Shown here: one piece after another, positions 9,830 to 19,205 of the stretch
Layout: each line of letters starts with the position of its first letter
Numbering within the stretch: the stretch's first letter is position 1
NCBI GenBank assembly: GCA_022711115.1
Contig: JAKLFP010000004.1
Span: 112,648-176,647 of the forward strand
Length of the DNA: 64,000 nt
Reading direction: 5' to 3'
From: Candidatus Omnitrophota bacterium
Lineage (GTDB): Bacteria > Omnitrophota > Omnitrophia > Omnitrophales > Aquincolibacteriaceae
The notes under the pieces: model-generated
Databases searched by the model: none
What the model saw: the letters and a program-made list of their open reading frames with translations, nothing else
Told to the model about the DNA's origin: nothing
Position numbers and translations under genes: made by a program

Positions 9830-10279
9830 ATGAAAAAATGGAGAAACCACAAAAAAGGTTTTACGCTTGTCGAAATTCTCATCGTAATAGTCATTTTAGC
9901 TGTTCTAGCGTCCATGATCCTTCCTAGATTAACAGCTCAGCCGGAAACTGGATATATTGCGGAAGCCCAAAATGTATTGGGTTTCGTACGCTCGGCTTTA
10001 GTCATGAATATAGACTCCGCAGGCGGGACGTGGCCGACTTTAAGCAATGCGGATTTCCAGAATGCGGCGACCATGTTATCGCATAACTTACGGCCTGTTG
10101 TCAGTACGAACTGGAGTTTTAGCTGTGGTCAAACGAGCGGCGGGTTTTGTATGGCAACACGATTGGGCACAGGCAGTCATGCCGGCGCTTCGATCATTTT
10201 GAATCAAACAGGTAGTTTTAGCTGTGCTGGAACTAATCCCTACACGCTCATTGACGCTGCCAAGGGTTGCAAGTCGTAG
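9830..10279 (+). CDS. type IV pilin / pseudopilin-like protein (N-terminal methylation motif)
   Basis: MKKWRNHKKGFTLVEILIVIVILAVLASMILP is a prepilin leader plus conserved hydrophobic helix. RBS AAAGGAG lies 12 nt upstream. The tracked ORF begins earlier at 9734. Confidence 0.75.
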   Translation: MKKWRNHKKGFTLVEILIVIVILAVLASMILPRLTAQPETGYIAEAQNVLGFVRSALVMNIDSAGGTWPTLSNADFQNAATMLSHNLRPVVSTNWSFSCGQTSGGFCMATRLGTGSHAGASIILNQTGSFSCAGTNPYTLIDAAKGCKS

Positions 10280-10301
10280 GAATATGAGAGTTGGCTTTGG
10301 G

Positions 10302-11420
10302 TTAATGATTTGGAAGTGTCGTTTCTTTTTTTGTGGCGGTGGTGACAGTTTTTGGGATAGCTGGGAGGGTGAAATAAAAAATCGAGCCCTTTGCAGGTTC
10401 GGCAGTCTTAGGGCGGTGACCAGACTCGGCGGAATTTTGAGGCGGGGATTCGACCCAAAGGCGTCCGTGATAACGTTCAATGATTTTTTGGCAGGTTGCG
10501 AGTCCGATTCCCGTGCCCGGATATTTTTTTGAGGTCGGTAATTTTTCAAACATGAGAAAGATTCTCTTCTGGGCTTCCTTTGGGATACCGATCCCGTTGT
10601 CACGAACAGAAAAAAGCCATTCCTTTCCCTTCCGGACTGCGGCAATATGGATGCGCGGTTCTTGCTCACAATACTTCAGGGCGTTGCCGATCAGATTTTG
10701 GAAAAGCAATCCGATGAGCCCGGGCTGAACCGCCAGACAGGGGAGAGGATCGACGACAATCGTCGCTTTCTTTTCCGCGATCTCAAAGGAAAAAGTCTCA
10801 AGCGTTTCCTTTACGATTTTTTCAAGATCAACGAGGGATACGGGAAGATCCCTGTTTCCGACTCTCGCATAGTCCAAAAGCTCCGTGATCATGGTTGTCA
10901 TGCGATTCACATTCTTCTGTATGTTCTCGGCAATATCCTTCGTTTCAAGATCCGAACTATTTTGGAACCTTTCATCGAGCAACTGCGCGTATCCGAGAAT
11001 GTTGGTCGTCGGTGACTGCAGTTCGTGCGCGGCATGAAGAGCGAACTGCTCAAGTTCTTGGGACCTTTTTTTAAGATTCTCTTCGCGATCGCGTAGGGCG
11101 AGAGTCATCCAGCAAATGGCGCAAAAACTCGCGAGGCAGATCATGCCGTTCCAGACCATCGAGACTTTAAGTTCCGCTTGTCCCATATCCCATTGCTTCA
11201 AAAACCACAATACAAAACATAAAATCACCATGGGCCAGGAAGCATATTTTCCGAAACGCCATGCCATCACGGCGATGTAGGGGAAATAAAAAATGTAGAA
11301 AGAGATGTTTGCTTTGACAAAGACATCCAGGGAAAAAATCACGAGGGTGCAGAAAAAGATAAGAAAAACGACGAGGACTTCCGATATTTTGAGATTTTTC
11401 AAGGCTGATGCGGTATCCAA
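10302..11420 (-). CDS. membrane sensor histidine kinase (HisKA + HATPase_c)
   Basis: H-box HELQSPTTNILGYAQLL. N-box GNALKY. G-boxes DNGIGIP and GTGIGLATCQKII. N-terminal TM helices. No cognate response regulator adjacent. Confidence 0.85.
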   Translation of the reverse strand: MDTASALKNLKISEVLVVFLIFFCTLVIFSLDVFVKANISFYIFYFPYIAVMAWRFGKYASWPMVILCFVLWFLKQWDMGQAELKVSMVWNGMICLASFCAICWMTLALRDREENLKKRSQELEQFALHAAHELQSPTTNILGYAQLLDERFQNSSDLETKDIAENIQKNVNRMTTMITELLDYARVGNRDLPVSLVDLEKIVKETLETFSFEIAEKKATIVVDPLPCLAVQPGLIGLLFQNLIGNALKYCEQEPRIHIAAVRKGKEWLFSVRDNGIGIPKEAQKRIFLMFEKLPTSKKYPGTGIGLATCQKIIERYHGRLWVESPPQNSAESGHRPKTAEPAKGSIFYFTLPAIPKTVTTATKKETTLPNH

Positions 11421-11659
11421 GGCCTGTTCCCTCTATGACTATAGTATGAACACCTCTTCGGTGCTGTCAACGAAAATAGAAGAAAGGATCGTGATCGAAC
11501 AGAATAGGCTCTTTCCAAAATGAATCATAATGCGCTGAGGGGGAGCTTCGTTCGTCATCAAAAGATTGTCCAGGTGCTTTGCCCGGTTTTAAAACACGCC
11601 TAGCCAGGTTATTCTGACAGGAGTATAATGCTTGCACTTTAAAGGAGTTTTTTCAACTT

Positions 11660-12181
11660 ATGCGTAAACACTTTTTCGAGTGGTCTATTTTTTGTCTCTT
11701 CTTCCTTCCTCTTTCCGTTTACGCCCAGTCCGAATCATCCCGTACGAGTCAAGTCTATTTCTCCCCCCAGGGCGGTTGCACAGGAGCCATTGTCGAAGCT
11801 TTAAGTGAGGCTAAGTCCTCCATCTTTGTCCAGGCCTTCTCGTTCACCTCGAATACCATTGCCGACGTTCTTATCCAGGCCCATAAGAGGGGCGTCAAAG
11901 TTGAAGTCATTGTGGATAAAAGACGGAAACGTGAAAATAAGAAGATCCTGAGGCGCTTGGTTGGGGCGGGGATCTCTGTGGCGCTTGATGGAGAACATAA
12001 AAAGGCGCATAACAAAGTCATGATCATTGATGGGAAGACGGTCATCACGGGCTCTTTTAATTTCACCAAAGAGTCGGAAAAAAAGAATGCCGAGAACCTT
12101 TTGATCCTCGACGATGAAGCTTTGGCGAGGGAATATACGGACAACTGGCAAAAACACCGAGAACATTCGAAGCCATTATAA
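11660..12181 (+). CDS. secreted PLD-family (HKD) endonuclease, Nuc-like
   Basis: Signal peptide. Single HKD motif HNKVMIIDGKTVITGSFNFT. Size typical of Nuc. Confidence 0.8.
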   Translation: MRKHFFEWSIFCLFFLPLSVYAQSESSRTSQVYFSPQGGCTGAIVEALSEAKSSIFVQAFSFTSNTIADVLIQAHKRGVKVEVIVDKRRKRENKKILRRLVGAGISVALDGEHKKAHNKVMIIDGKTVITGSFNFTKESEKKNAENLLILDDEALAREYTDNWQKHREHSKPL

Positions 12182-12281
12182 CGATAATGGCGCCAGGTAC
12201 CATTTAACATCTAACAATCCACTAACCATCAACGAGGTCGGCGAGCAATGGGGTCGGCCGGCATTCTCAAGGAGGTAGACG

Positions 12282-13076
12282 ATGAAGTTCTCAAAAAACA
12301 TTATGGTGGCCCTCGCTTTTTTTGTGATCGTCGGTATTTCACTGGCTCCAGCAGTCTTTGCGGCGTGCTGTGACGGTAAAACCAAAAGTTCTCCGCTTCG
12401 CATCGAAAAAAATATGCCTCCTCAGATCGTTATCGGAAAACCCTATGCTTACACGATCCGTGTTACCAACCAGTCCGAGTGTCTGATGAATGATGTTTCT
12501 GTGGTGGAAACATTGCCTGCGACGTATGATCTGAGCACGGCATCGCCGGAAGCCTCCAGCGTGTCGGGAAGGGTCGCTCAATGGGATTTTGGTTCTTTGA
12601 AAGCCGGTGAATCCAAAACGATCAACATCAACGGCAGCGCGAAGTCCGTCGGCTCGTTTGTGTCGTGCACCAAGGTATTCCACAGCCAGACCCTTTGTTT
12701 CGGTCCCGAATTGGCCATGCCGGCGATCCTGCTTGAGGTGGTTGATACGGAAGATCCCGTTCAGGTCGGCGGGATGGAAAAATTCTACGTGACTGTGACC
12801 AACCAGGGGAATGCTGAAGATACAAACATTGTCGTGAAGCTGGACTTTGAGGCGAACTTCGATTATGCGTCATCCGCGGGGCCGACCCGGGCAAAGAGCG
12901 AATCGGCAAAATCCGTGGAATTTTCGCCGTTGCCGACGCTTGGCGCCGGTCAAAAAGCCACTTGGGGGATTGTGGTCAAAGCCCTTTCCGAGGGAGATCA
13001 CCGTACGGCGGTCAAAGTGACCAGCGATGCGATCCAGCGTTCGGTGGATGAAACCGAAGCGACACGAGTTTATTGA
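12282..13076 (+). CDS. secreted protein with two DUF11/CARDB-like repeats
   Basis: Signal peptide. Repeats ...YAYTIRVTNQSECLMNDVSVVETLP... and ...FYVTVTNQGNAEDTNIVVKLDF... Confidence 0.55.
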   Translation: MKFSKNIMVALAFFVIVGISLAPAVFAACCDGKTKSSPLRIEKNMPPQIVIGKPYAYTIRVTNQSECLMNDVSVVETLPATYDLSTASPEASSVSGRVAQWDFGSLKAGESKTININGSAKSVGSFVSCTKVFHSQTLCFGPELAMPAILLEVVDTEDPVQVGGMEKFYVTVTNQGNAEDTNIVVKLDFEANFDYASSAGPTRAKSESAKSVEFSPLPTLGAGQKATWGIVVKALSEGDHRTAVKVTSDAIQRSVDETEATRVY

Positions 13077-13262
13077 TCCCTTAACAGTACCGGGTACCGA
13101 GGGGACAGGTCTAACGAGATTAACGTGTCCCTTTTGCACCCGGTACCATTTACTTTGAACAAGGGTTTTACGGTCAATTTATATGAGTTTATAAGTCATA
13201 CGATTGTATAAAGAAAGGGGACAAAGGCTCTTTATACCAATTAAGATGAAAGGAATATATCC

Positions 13263-14252
13263 ATGAAGAATGCTTACAAAATTTTTCCTATGGTTATGTT
13301 AACACTATCACTTTTTGTCACAAATGGCTATTCCGTAGGCTCGGGTAAAGAAGAGCTAGAAAAAGTATACGATCTGCTAATTAAAGGAAAATATGATGAA
13401 GCTACTATAAAATGTACGAATCTAATCCAAGCGAATCCCAACAACGCCGAAGCATTTTTCTATCGAGGACTCTCTAATTATAAAAAGAATCAATCAGATG
13501 AGGCTGTGACTGATTTTAGCAAAGCAATAGCAATTAACCCTGCAATGGAAAAAGCCTATCTCGATCGAGGCATAATTTACAGAGAAAAAAAGAATTTTGA
13601 AAGCGCAAAAGCTGATTTTAACAAAGTTATTGAACTCGATCCCCAAAATGCTGATGCCTATGTTGAAATAGGCAACATCTTTCTTCTGGTTGAAGATTCT
13701 GCGCAAAAAGCGATAGAAAATTACACGAAAGCCATTGAGCTTAACCCCAAACCGAGTCGCATTATTGGTAATGCTTATAACGATCGTGGTCGGGCATTTG
13801 CGAAGATCGGAAACCTAAAGCAAGGACTCAAAGATTGTAACATGGCAATAGAGATTAACCCTCAAGATGCAACGACTTATGATAATCGGGGACTTATTTA
13901 TTGGGCGATGGGGGAATTAGATAAAGCTATTGCAGATTTCAATCAAGCCATCAAACTTGATGCGAAACATGCAAGGGCCTATTACCGACTCGGGCGGGTT
14001 TATGCGCAAAAATCAGATCTGGATTCTGAAATCCGATATTTGGGCAAAGCAATAGATATTAACTCCAAATATGCTAAGGCATATTATTGGCGGAGTATTG
14101 CTTACCGTCAGAAAGGATTAAGCGGACAGGCGGATGTAGATTACAAAAAAGCTGTTGAATTGGATCCTAGTTATGCCACCAAAGATAGTTATGCCAAGGG
14201 ATCCCCGCCCGCCTTTCCCGCATATACAGTTGATGATCTAGTTGCTTCTTAA
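13263..14252 (+). CDS. secreted tetratricopeptide-repeat protein
   Basis: Signal peptide, then at least 8 canonical TPR units (A..YY.RG..Y......A..D...A..L.P). AT-rich codon usage. Confidence 0.85.
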   Translation: MKNAYKIFPMVMLTLSLFVTNGYSVGSGKEELEKVYDLLIKGKYDEATIKCTNLIQANPNNAEAFFYRGLSNYKKNQSDEAVTDFSKAIAINPAMEKAYLDRGIIYREKKNFESAKADFNKVIELDPQNADAYVEIGNIFLLVEDSAQKAIENYTKAIELNPKPSRIIGNAYNDRGRAFAKIGNLKQGLKDCNMAIEINPQDATTYDNRGLIYWAMGELDKAIADFNQAIKLDAKHARAYYRLGRVYAQKSDLDSEIRYLGKAIDINSKYAKAYYWRSIAYRQKGLSGQADVDYKKAVELDPSYATKDSYAKGSPPAFPAYTVDDLVAS

Positions 14253-14506
14253 ATTCTGAAAATCGTACCACTCTCCTCGGGGGTGGACTCATGGCTTTGA
14301 GGCGGTATCGGAGCGTCAAAGGTTCGACAGGGAGAAGGCGAGGTTATTTGAAGAAAGATATTAAATATAACGCCATGAAAAAATATTCGTCCACCAGGCT
14401 CCTTCCGTAATTCCGGCATTTATTTCTGTAGATTTTTCCCTCCAATCCGTCCAGCATGACACATATTAATCATCCGCGATGAAGTTCTTAAATCAGAGGT
14501 GAACGC

Positions 14507-14764
14507 ATGAGTGAGCAAAAAACTCCTGACCCTATCATAGAGAAACTCAACGAACTCGACCATGACCTTGGTGTCTTGATATTTCATTTTTGTTCATACC
14601 AACTTGCAATGACGAAACTCTTGGCAGAAAAAGGAATTGCGCATCCTGCGGAACTTGAAAAGTTTGAGGTAGAGGCTAAGAGGGAAGTGAGACAGCGACG
14701 CGATAATGCGATATTTAAAAGAATGGTGAAAGATTTTATGCCTAAAGATACAGAGACAAAATAA
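14507..14764 (+). CDS. hypothetical protein
   Basis: 85-aa ORF with an RBS-like GAGGTG upstream. No recognizable motif. Confidence 0.35.
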   Translation: MSEQKTPDPIIEKLNELDHDLGVLIFHFCSYQLAMTKLLAEKGIAHPAELEKFEVEAKREVRQRRDNAIFKRMVKDFMPKDTETK

Positions 14765-14766
14765 AG

Positions 14767-14949
14767 ATGAGTTTCAGACAGATCATTGCAAACGTATTCG
14801 GGAAGTCTAGTGATCAAAAAGACGCGTATTTGTCGTCGAAACTGAGGGGATCCTACAGGATTCTAGGAATAAAGCCTGGCGCACCCGTCTCTGCGGTCGA
14901 AGTCGCGTATAAGGCCCCGAAACAGCGGTTGGTCGCGGATTTAGAGTAA
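14767..14949 (+). CDS. hypothetical small protein, possible J-domain-like fragment
   Basis: SYRILGIKPGAPVSAVEVAYK resembles the start of a DnaJ J-domain. The ORF stops at the edge of repeat copy A. Confidence 0.25.
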   Translation: MSFRQIIANVFGKSSDQKDAYLSSKLRGSYRILGIKPGAPVSAVEVAYKAPKQRLVADLE

Positions 14950-15050
14950 AAACGGTATCGGTTCTGAAAGTGCCGGGTTAAAGAACATAAAAAAGGCTAG
15001 CATTTTAAATCTGCTGGCCCTTTTGCGTCTGCCAGCAGGTACGTGCCACC
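14948..15050 (+). repeat. ~100-bp palindromic repeat element, copy A
   Basis: About 85% identical to 16984-17080. Contains GCTAGCA-loop-TGCTGGC followed by CCTTTTGCG (terminator-like), plus an alternative pairing CTGCTGGC...GCCAGCAG. Confidence 0.7.
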
Positions 15051-15418
15051 GAACGAATTTGAGGAAAACTGGCTGAAGTAGCAGGAAGCGCGACCGGCTT
15101 TGGAATTGGTCTAGCGGTTGTCCACATGTTAACATTGTCCACAAAGAAATAAAAAAGAACCAAAAAAGAAAGAAAAGGCTTCGAATAATCTTCTTTTTCT
15201 TTCAATTCTTTCTGTCCAGCCCCTTGGGTGCAACTCAATTAATATAGTAAATAATAGCAAATAATAACTTTCTATTGTCAAAATATATTTTAAAAGTTAC
15301 ATTTTTAATATACTTAAAAATAGTTAAGAAATGTATTTAAGAATCAGCTTTATTAAAAAATGTGAAGATAATTTGAAAAAATGGAAATAAAAATCAAATT
15401 GAAAAGGAAGATCGCAAA

Positions 15419-16495
15419 ATGAAAACGAAAAGAGAATTAATGGGTTTTTTTTTCGGTGTAGTTGCAGTAATCCTTCTGAGTGCACTCATCGTACCTGTGT
15501 CGTTTGCGGCAACTCAGCCGACGTCGACTGGCGAACAGCTTCAGCCTGAAAAGCCCATCGACACGGCGAGTCCCGACACTTCCACACAGAACACACAGCA
15601 AGCGTTGAAAGATGCCGTAAGCCAGGCCAACAGCCTTGATTTGCAGGCAACAACTCTGACGGCGCCTAGTGCGCAATCGACGACGGTCACGGAAATCTCA
15701 CCGACCGATTCAAGGCAGGTCACACTGGCCGCCGCGAACACAGTTCCAATTTATCAATTTAAATATAAAAATCCACCGATTGATGTCCTCTATCATCCCA
15801 CTCAAGATTTATTTGATAACTTTTGTCCATTGAAACTTCGGCAATTAGCAGTTTCTCCTCTATATGTGTTTGATGTAGTGAATCTTATTCTTAAAAACAT
15901 CCCACCCCCAGTAGAGATGCTTAAAGCAGCGCAAGAGATTATGGGGAACTTAATGCTTAGGCTAGAGGAAGTGATTAAGCGGGTGGAAGGCTATATAGCT
16001 CAGCAGGAGAATAATATTACTTTGTGGACAACGATGTATGATGCGGAAAAAAGTGCTGTTGCATCAGGTGGCGCTTTTACCATGGCTGATAGCGCTTGGC
16101 TTCAGAATTATAGAAATGCGATGTATGTTTCTTACCAAAATTCCCTGAATGATTTCAGTTACGGGTATAAACAAAGTACTGCCATCTTAACTGTTGATGG
16201 CAAAATGGAAATTAAACAGGATGCATGGAAAAATATGGATAATACAATAGGTAACATTTATTGGTTGCCAATGAAAAGTTATCTCGATAGCTTGGTCAGG
16301 GCGCCAGAAGCAGTAATGTTAGAGGTTCAGATACAAGGTGCTAATCACGCCTTGGATGCTGCTCGAAAGTTCTTGAAAGAGCTAACTGATTTACGCAAAA
16401 CCTATGCGAACATAATAAACGCATTGATTTATAGACAGCAAATAAAAATTGCACCAGATGCCAATGTGATAATCACACCACCAGTTGTCGAATAA
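15419..16495 (+). CDS. secreted hypothetical protein (island cargo)
   Basis: N-terminal TM/signal. S/T/Q-rich linker, then a 250-aa domain of unknown function. AT-rich. Lies between the two repeat copies. Confidence 0.55.
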   Translation: MKTKRELMGFFFGVVAVILLSALIVPVSFAATQPTSTGEQLQPEKPIDTASPDTSTQNTQQALKDAVSQANSLDLQATTLTAPSAQSTTVTEISPTDSRQVTLAAANTVPIYQFKYKNPPIDVLYHPTQDLFDNFCPLKLRQLAVSPLYVFDVVNLILKNIPPPVEMLKAAQEIMGNLMLRLEEVIKRVEGYIAQQENNITLWTTMYDAEKSAVASGGAFTMADSAWLQNYRNAMYVSYQNSLNDFSYGYKQSTAILTVDGKMEIKQDAWKNMDNTIGNIYWLPMKSYLDSLVRAPEAVMLEVQIQGANHALDAARKFLKELTDLRKTYANIINALIYRQQIKIAPDANVIITPPVVE

Positions 16496-16587
16496 TTACG
16501 CCCAGTGAACTCATGAACAGGGTTGAAATGCGATTACTGAAGCGAAGTTGATTTATAAGGCTTGTTTGAAAAAACGAGCTTTTTGTT

Positions 16588-17019
16588 TTGTTAAGTGGTC
16601 CGCTAATCATAGCTTGTAACTTGCCCCGGTTTTTTACGGATGATAAGTATTTGAGGATCGAAAAGGCTGCCGAAGGCCATCCGCTTTACCCCATGATCGT
16701 TACCGCTCGCTATACTGGGCTCCGTTTGCGGGAATTGATACACCTTGAATGGCAAGATTTTGATTGGGAAAAGAAAATTGTCCGGGTTGAGAATAAACCG
16801 CAATACGGCCACACCGTAAAGAATTATCAAGTCCGAGTAGTGCCTGTATCGGATGAATTGACGGATAAGCTACTGCCCTATATCAAGCGCGAAGGAATTT
16901 GCTTCCCGGTCTATAACACTGTGGAGAAATATTCGGGCGAAGGGTCGAAGCGGTCCATTAAGAATATTTTTGGAAAACGGTACCGGTTCTGTAATGAAAG
17001 TGCTTGGTTAAAGAAATAA
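16588..17019 (+). pseudogene. tyrosine-recombinase (phage integrase family) fragment
   Basis: TARYTGLRLRELIHLEWQDFDWEKKIVRV...RVVPVSDEL matches the integrase catalytic-core box I region. The N-terminal domain and the C-terminal HxxR...Y region are both missing. Confidence 0.5.
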
Positions 17020-17080
17020 AAAAAGCCAGCATTTTTAATCTGCTGGCCTTTTTGCGTTTGCTAGCGGGTACTTGTGTACC
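16984..17080 (+). repeat. ~100-bp palindromic repeat element, copy B
   Basis: GCCAGCA-tttttaatc-TGCTGGC-CTTTTTGCG perfect hairpin plus T-run. Overlaps the 3' end of the integrase fragment. Confidence 0.7.
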
Positions 17081-17333
17081 AATGTGCAAGTATTACGTCG
17101 TCGGAGCTTAATGTCAGCTCCGTACGGCTTCTCGCAATCATTGCCTCGAATAAAAAAGCCTGGTTTTTTGGACGGGGACTCTTATTGAAGAATTGGTAGC
17201 GTGGGCTGTACTCATGCCCTGTGGCATCAGTATCACGCCGTGAGGGCTTTGAGCCCTCTACGGCTTCAGCCCCCGACAACATCAAAAAAAAACCCGACAG
17301 GGCGGAAGCCCTATCGGGTTATGAATGAACTTA

Positions 17334-18654
17334 CTGGCACACTGTTTACACTTTATACCGGACACATAGGTTACACTTTTTTGTCTTATTTTAAAGTGCT
17401 TTTTCTAAAATGAGCCCAAACGGATCTTCTTTGGGAGCGAATTTTCCGCTGGCTTCATCGAAAAATCCAAGGTCATACTCCTTAAAAGAAACCTCCCAGA
17501 TCCCATCCTCCACTAACCGAATTCCCACGGGTTGATTCGCCAAAGCGCAGCTGATATGAATCTTTAGATTCTTTATACAGATTCTGCCACAATGGGTCAC
17601 AAGCATTGTTTTGTCGTGGCCAGGGTAGGTGATATCGGGAAGCCCTCGATAAGGGGTTTGAGATTTTTGATATAAATCGCCCGGGCATTTCATTCCAAGG
17701 GCTTGGTGCGGCCTTTCGAAATTGTACTCCTTCATAAACCGATAAAACTTTTCTTGTTGCTGCAGAAAGCCGAATGCCGGAGGCTGTGTTGCTTCCAGCT
17801 TGAGCGTTCGGTGCATTCTCTCATGCCGACCGTTTTGTTGGGGGCATCCTGGCTCGATCCTCTCGAGTTGAATCCCTAACCGGATCCACCAAACCGAAAG
17901 TTTTGTTAATCCCCAGGCCGAATTCCCGGATGCGAACGGGATCCCATGATCGCTTCGAATGGCCCCGGGAAGGCCATATTCCTTGAAGGTCTCCTCAAAT
18001 ACCCTATAAGCGGTCGTTTCTCGGGTGCTTGTAAGGGCTTCACAGTTAATTAAAAATCGGGTCGCAAAATCAGAAATCGTCAGCGGGTAGCAATAAACCT
18101 TCTTCCCTAATTTAAACTCACCTTTAAAATCAACACACCACAGGTCATTAGCCCCTTTCGGATTGGAAAGATATGTTGCCGTCGCTCGGTAGGGGGATCT
18201 TTGCCTCCGTTTCTTGACAAGATCATGCCGGTCTAATATTTCATGAACTGTGCTAACAGCGGGTAGTTTGATTTCGGGGTGGCGTTTGGAAACTAATTCG
18301 CGGATTTTAGGAGCGCCCCAGTTTGGTTTTTCCCTTTTAAAGCGAACGATCAATTGCTCGATCTCGAAGGGAAGCTGATTGGGATGCTTATGTGGAGCTC
18401 TCGATCGATCAAAAAGGGCCACCGAACCAAACTCATGGTAACGTTTCCAGAGTTTGTATCCGGTGACCCTTGACATTCCAAATTCCCGGCACAATGGCGC
18501 CATCTTTTCGCCTGACAAAAGACGGCCGATAAATTTCGTTCGTTCATCCATCACACATGTCTCCTTCCATGGCATATGCGCCCCCTTTGTTAGGTTCGAT
18601 ATGCCTGAAAGTGTAAACTATGTGCTCAGAATGAACTGTAAACCATGTGCCCGG
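17334..18654 (-). mobile_element. IS481-family-like insertion sequence (~1.3 kb) with compound terminal inverted repeats
   Basis: Left end 17334-17376 (CTGGCACACTGTTTACAC..CCGGACACATAGGTTACAC). Its reverse complement matches the right end 18611-18654 (GTGTAAACTATGTGCTCAG..TGTAAACCATGTGCCCGG). Encloses a DDE transposase gene. Confidence 0.7.
17391..18575 (-). CDS. DDE transposase (HTH + rve integrase core), IS481-like
   Basis: N-terminal HTH (FGMSRVTGYKLWKRY). DDE triad candidates WCVDFKGEF, IRSDHGIPF, NGRHERMHRTLK. Confidence 0.8.
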   Translation of the reverse strand: MPWKETCVMDERTKFIGRLLSGEKMAPLCREFGMSRVTGYKLWKRYHEFGSVALFDRSRAPHKHPNQLPFEIEQLIVRFKREKPNWGAPKIRELVSKRHPEIKLPAVSTVHEILDRHDLVKKRRQRSPYRATATYLSNPKGANDLWCVDFKGEFKLGKKVYCYPLTISDFATRFLINCEALTSTRETTAYRVFEETFKEYGLPGAIRSDHGIPFASGNSAWGLTKLSVWWIRLGIQLERIEPGCPQQNGRHERMHRTLKLEATQPPAFGFLQQQEKFYRFMKEYNFERPHQALGMKCPGDLYQKSQTPYRGLPDITYPGHDKTMLVTHCGRICIKNLKIHISCALANQPVGIRLVEDGIWEVSFKEYDLGFFDEASGKFAPKEDPFGLILEKAL

Positions 18655-18668
18655 AATTTACCGAAACG

Positions 18669-18744
18669 GGTGGGCGACGGGAATTGAACCCGCAACCCCA
18701 AGATCCACAATCTTGTGCTCTAACCAAATTGAGCTACGCCCACC
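18669..18744 (-). tRNA. tRNA-His (GTG)
   Basis: Reverse complement GGTGGGCGTAGCTCAATTTGGTTAGAGCACAAGATTGTGGATCTTGGGGTTGCGGGTTCAATTCCCGTCGCCCACC. Extra 5' G(-1) paired to discriminator C. Anticodon loop TTGTGGA. Canonical T-arm GGTTCAATTCC. Confidence 0.9.
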
Positions 18745-18983
18745 ATGATTCTCATTGATTAAAAAAGAACAAAGAAATCATGGTTGTCTTGGCTTGCCAT
18801 CATGAAAATAAAAAAAAGAGCCAGGACACCACGGTATTCTTGGAGAAAGGCATTATAGCGAAAAAAAGGTTTAAGGGAAGGAAGAAAGCAACGTCCGAAG
18901 AATGGTCCTAATTTCTCCTTCATCTAATGCTAATTGGGGCTATAATGCATCATGTATTTCAACTTTAGGCAAGGAGATCTCAT

Positions 18984-19187
18984 ATGAAAGCATTTTGGGT
19001 TGGGCTCTTGGTGCTGGTGATGGTCATTGTTCTTTCCGGGATCGGGATTCTTTTGTTGCCGCTTTTTTTGGTGCTTGGTATTTTTCTTCGTCTGGTGGTA
19101 GGTCTGTTTGTTCTTATTTTTGTGATCTGGGCGGTAGGGCAGGTCACGCTTCTTTTGATCGAATTGCTTTCGGCGAAACCCAAATAG
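18984..19187 (+). CDS. small hydrophobic membrane protein
   Basis: 67 aa, two predicted TM helices. No motif. Located in the mobile-element remnant. Confidence 0.3.
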   Translation: MKAFWVGLLVLVMVIVLSGIGILLLPLFLVLGIFLRLVVGLFVLIFVIWAVGQVTLLLIELLSAKPK

Positions 19188-19205
19188 CCAAAGAGGCCCG
19201 AGTCT

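Noticed and set aside
10088-10669. 193-aa minus-strand ORF spanning the pilin 3' end and the histidine kinase 3' end
   Set aside because: Overlaps two better-supported convergent genes. Low-complexity translation.
17100-17330. Hairpin-rich 230-bp segment between repeat copy B and the IS, considered as a possible ncRNA (e.g. tmRNA fragment)
   Set aside because: No tmRNA tag-reading frame or tRNA-like end found. More likely decayed island DNA.
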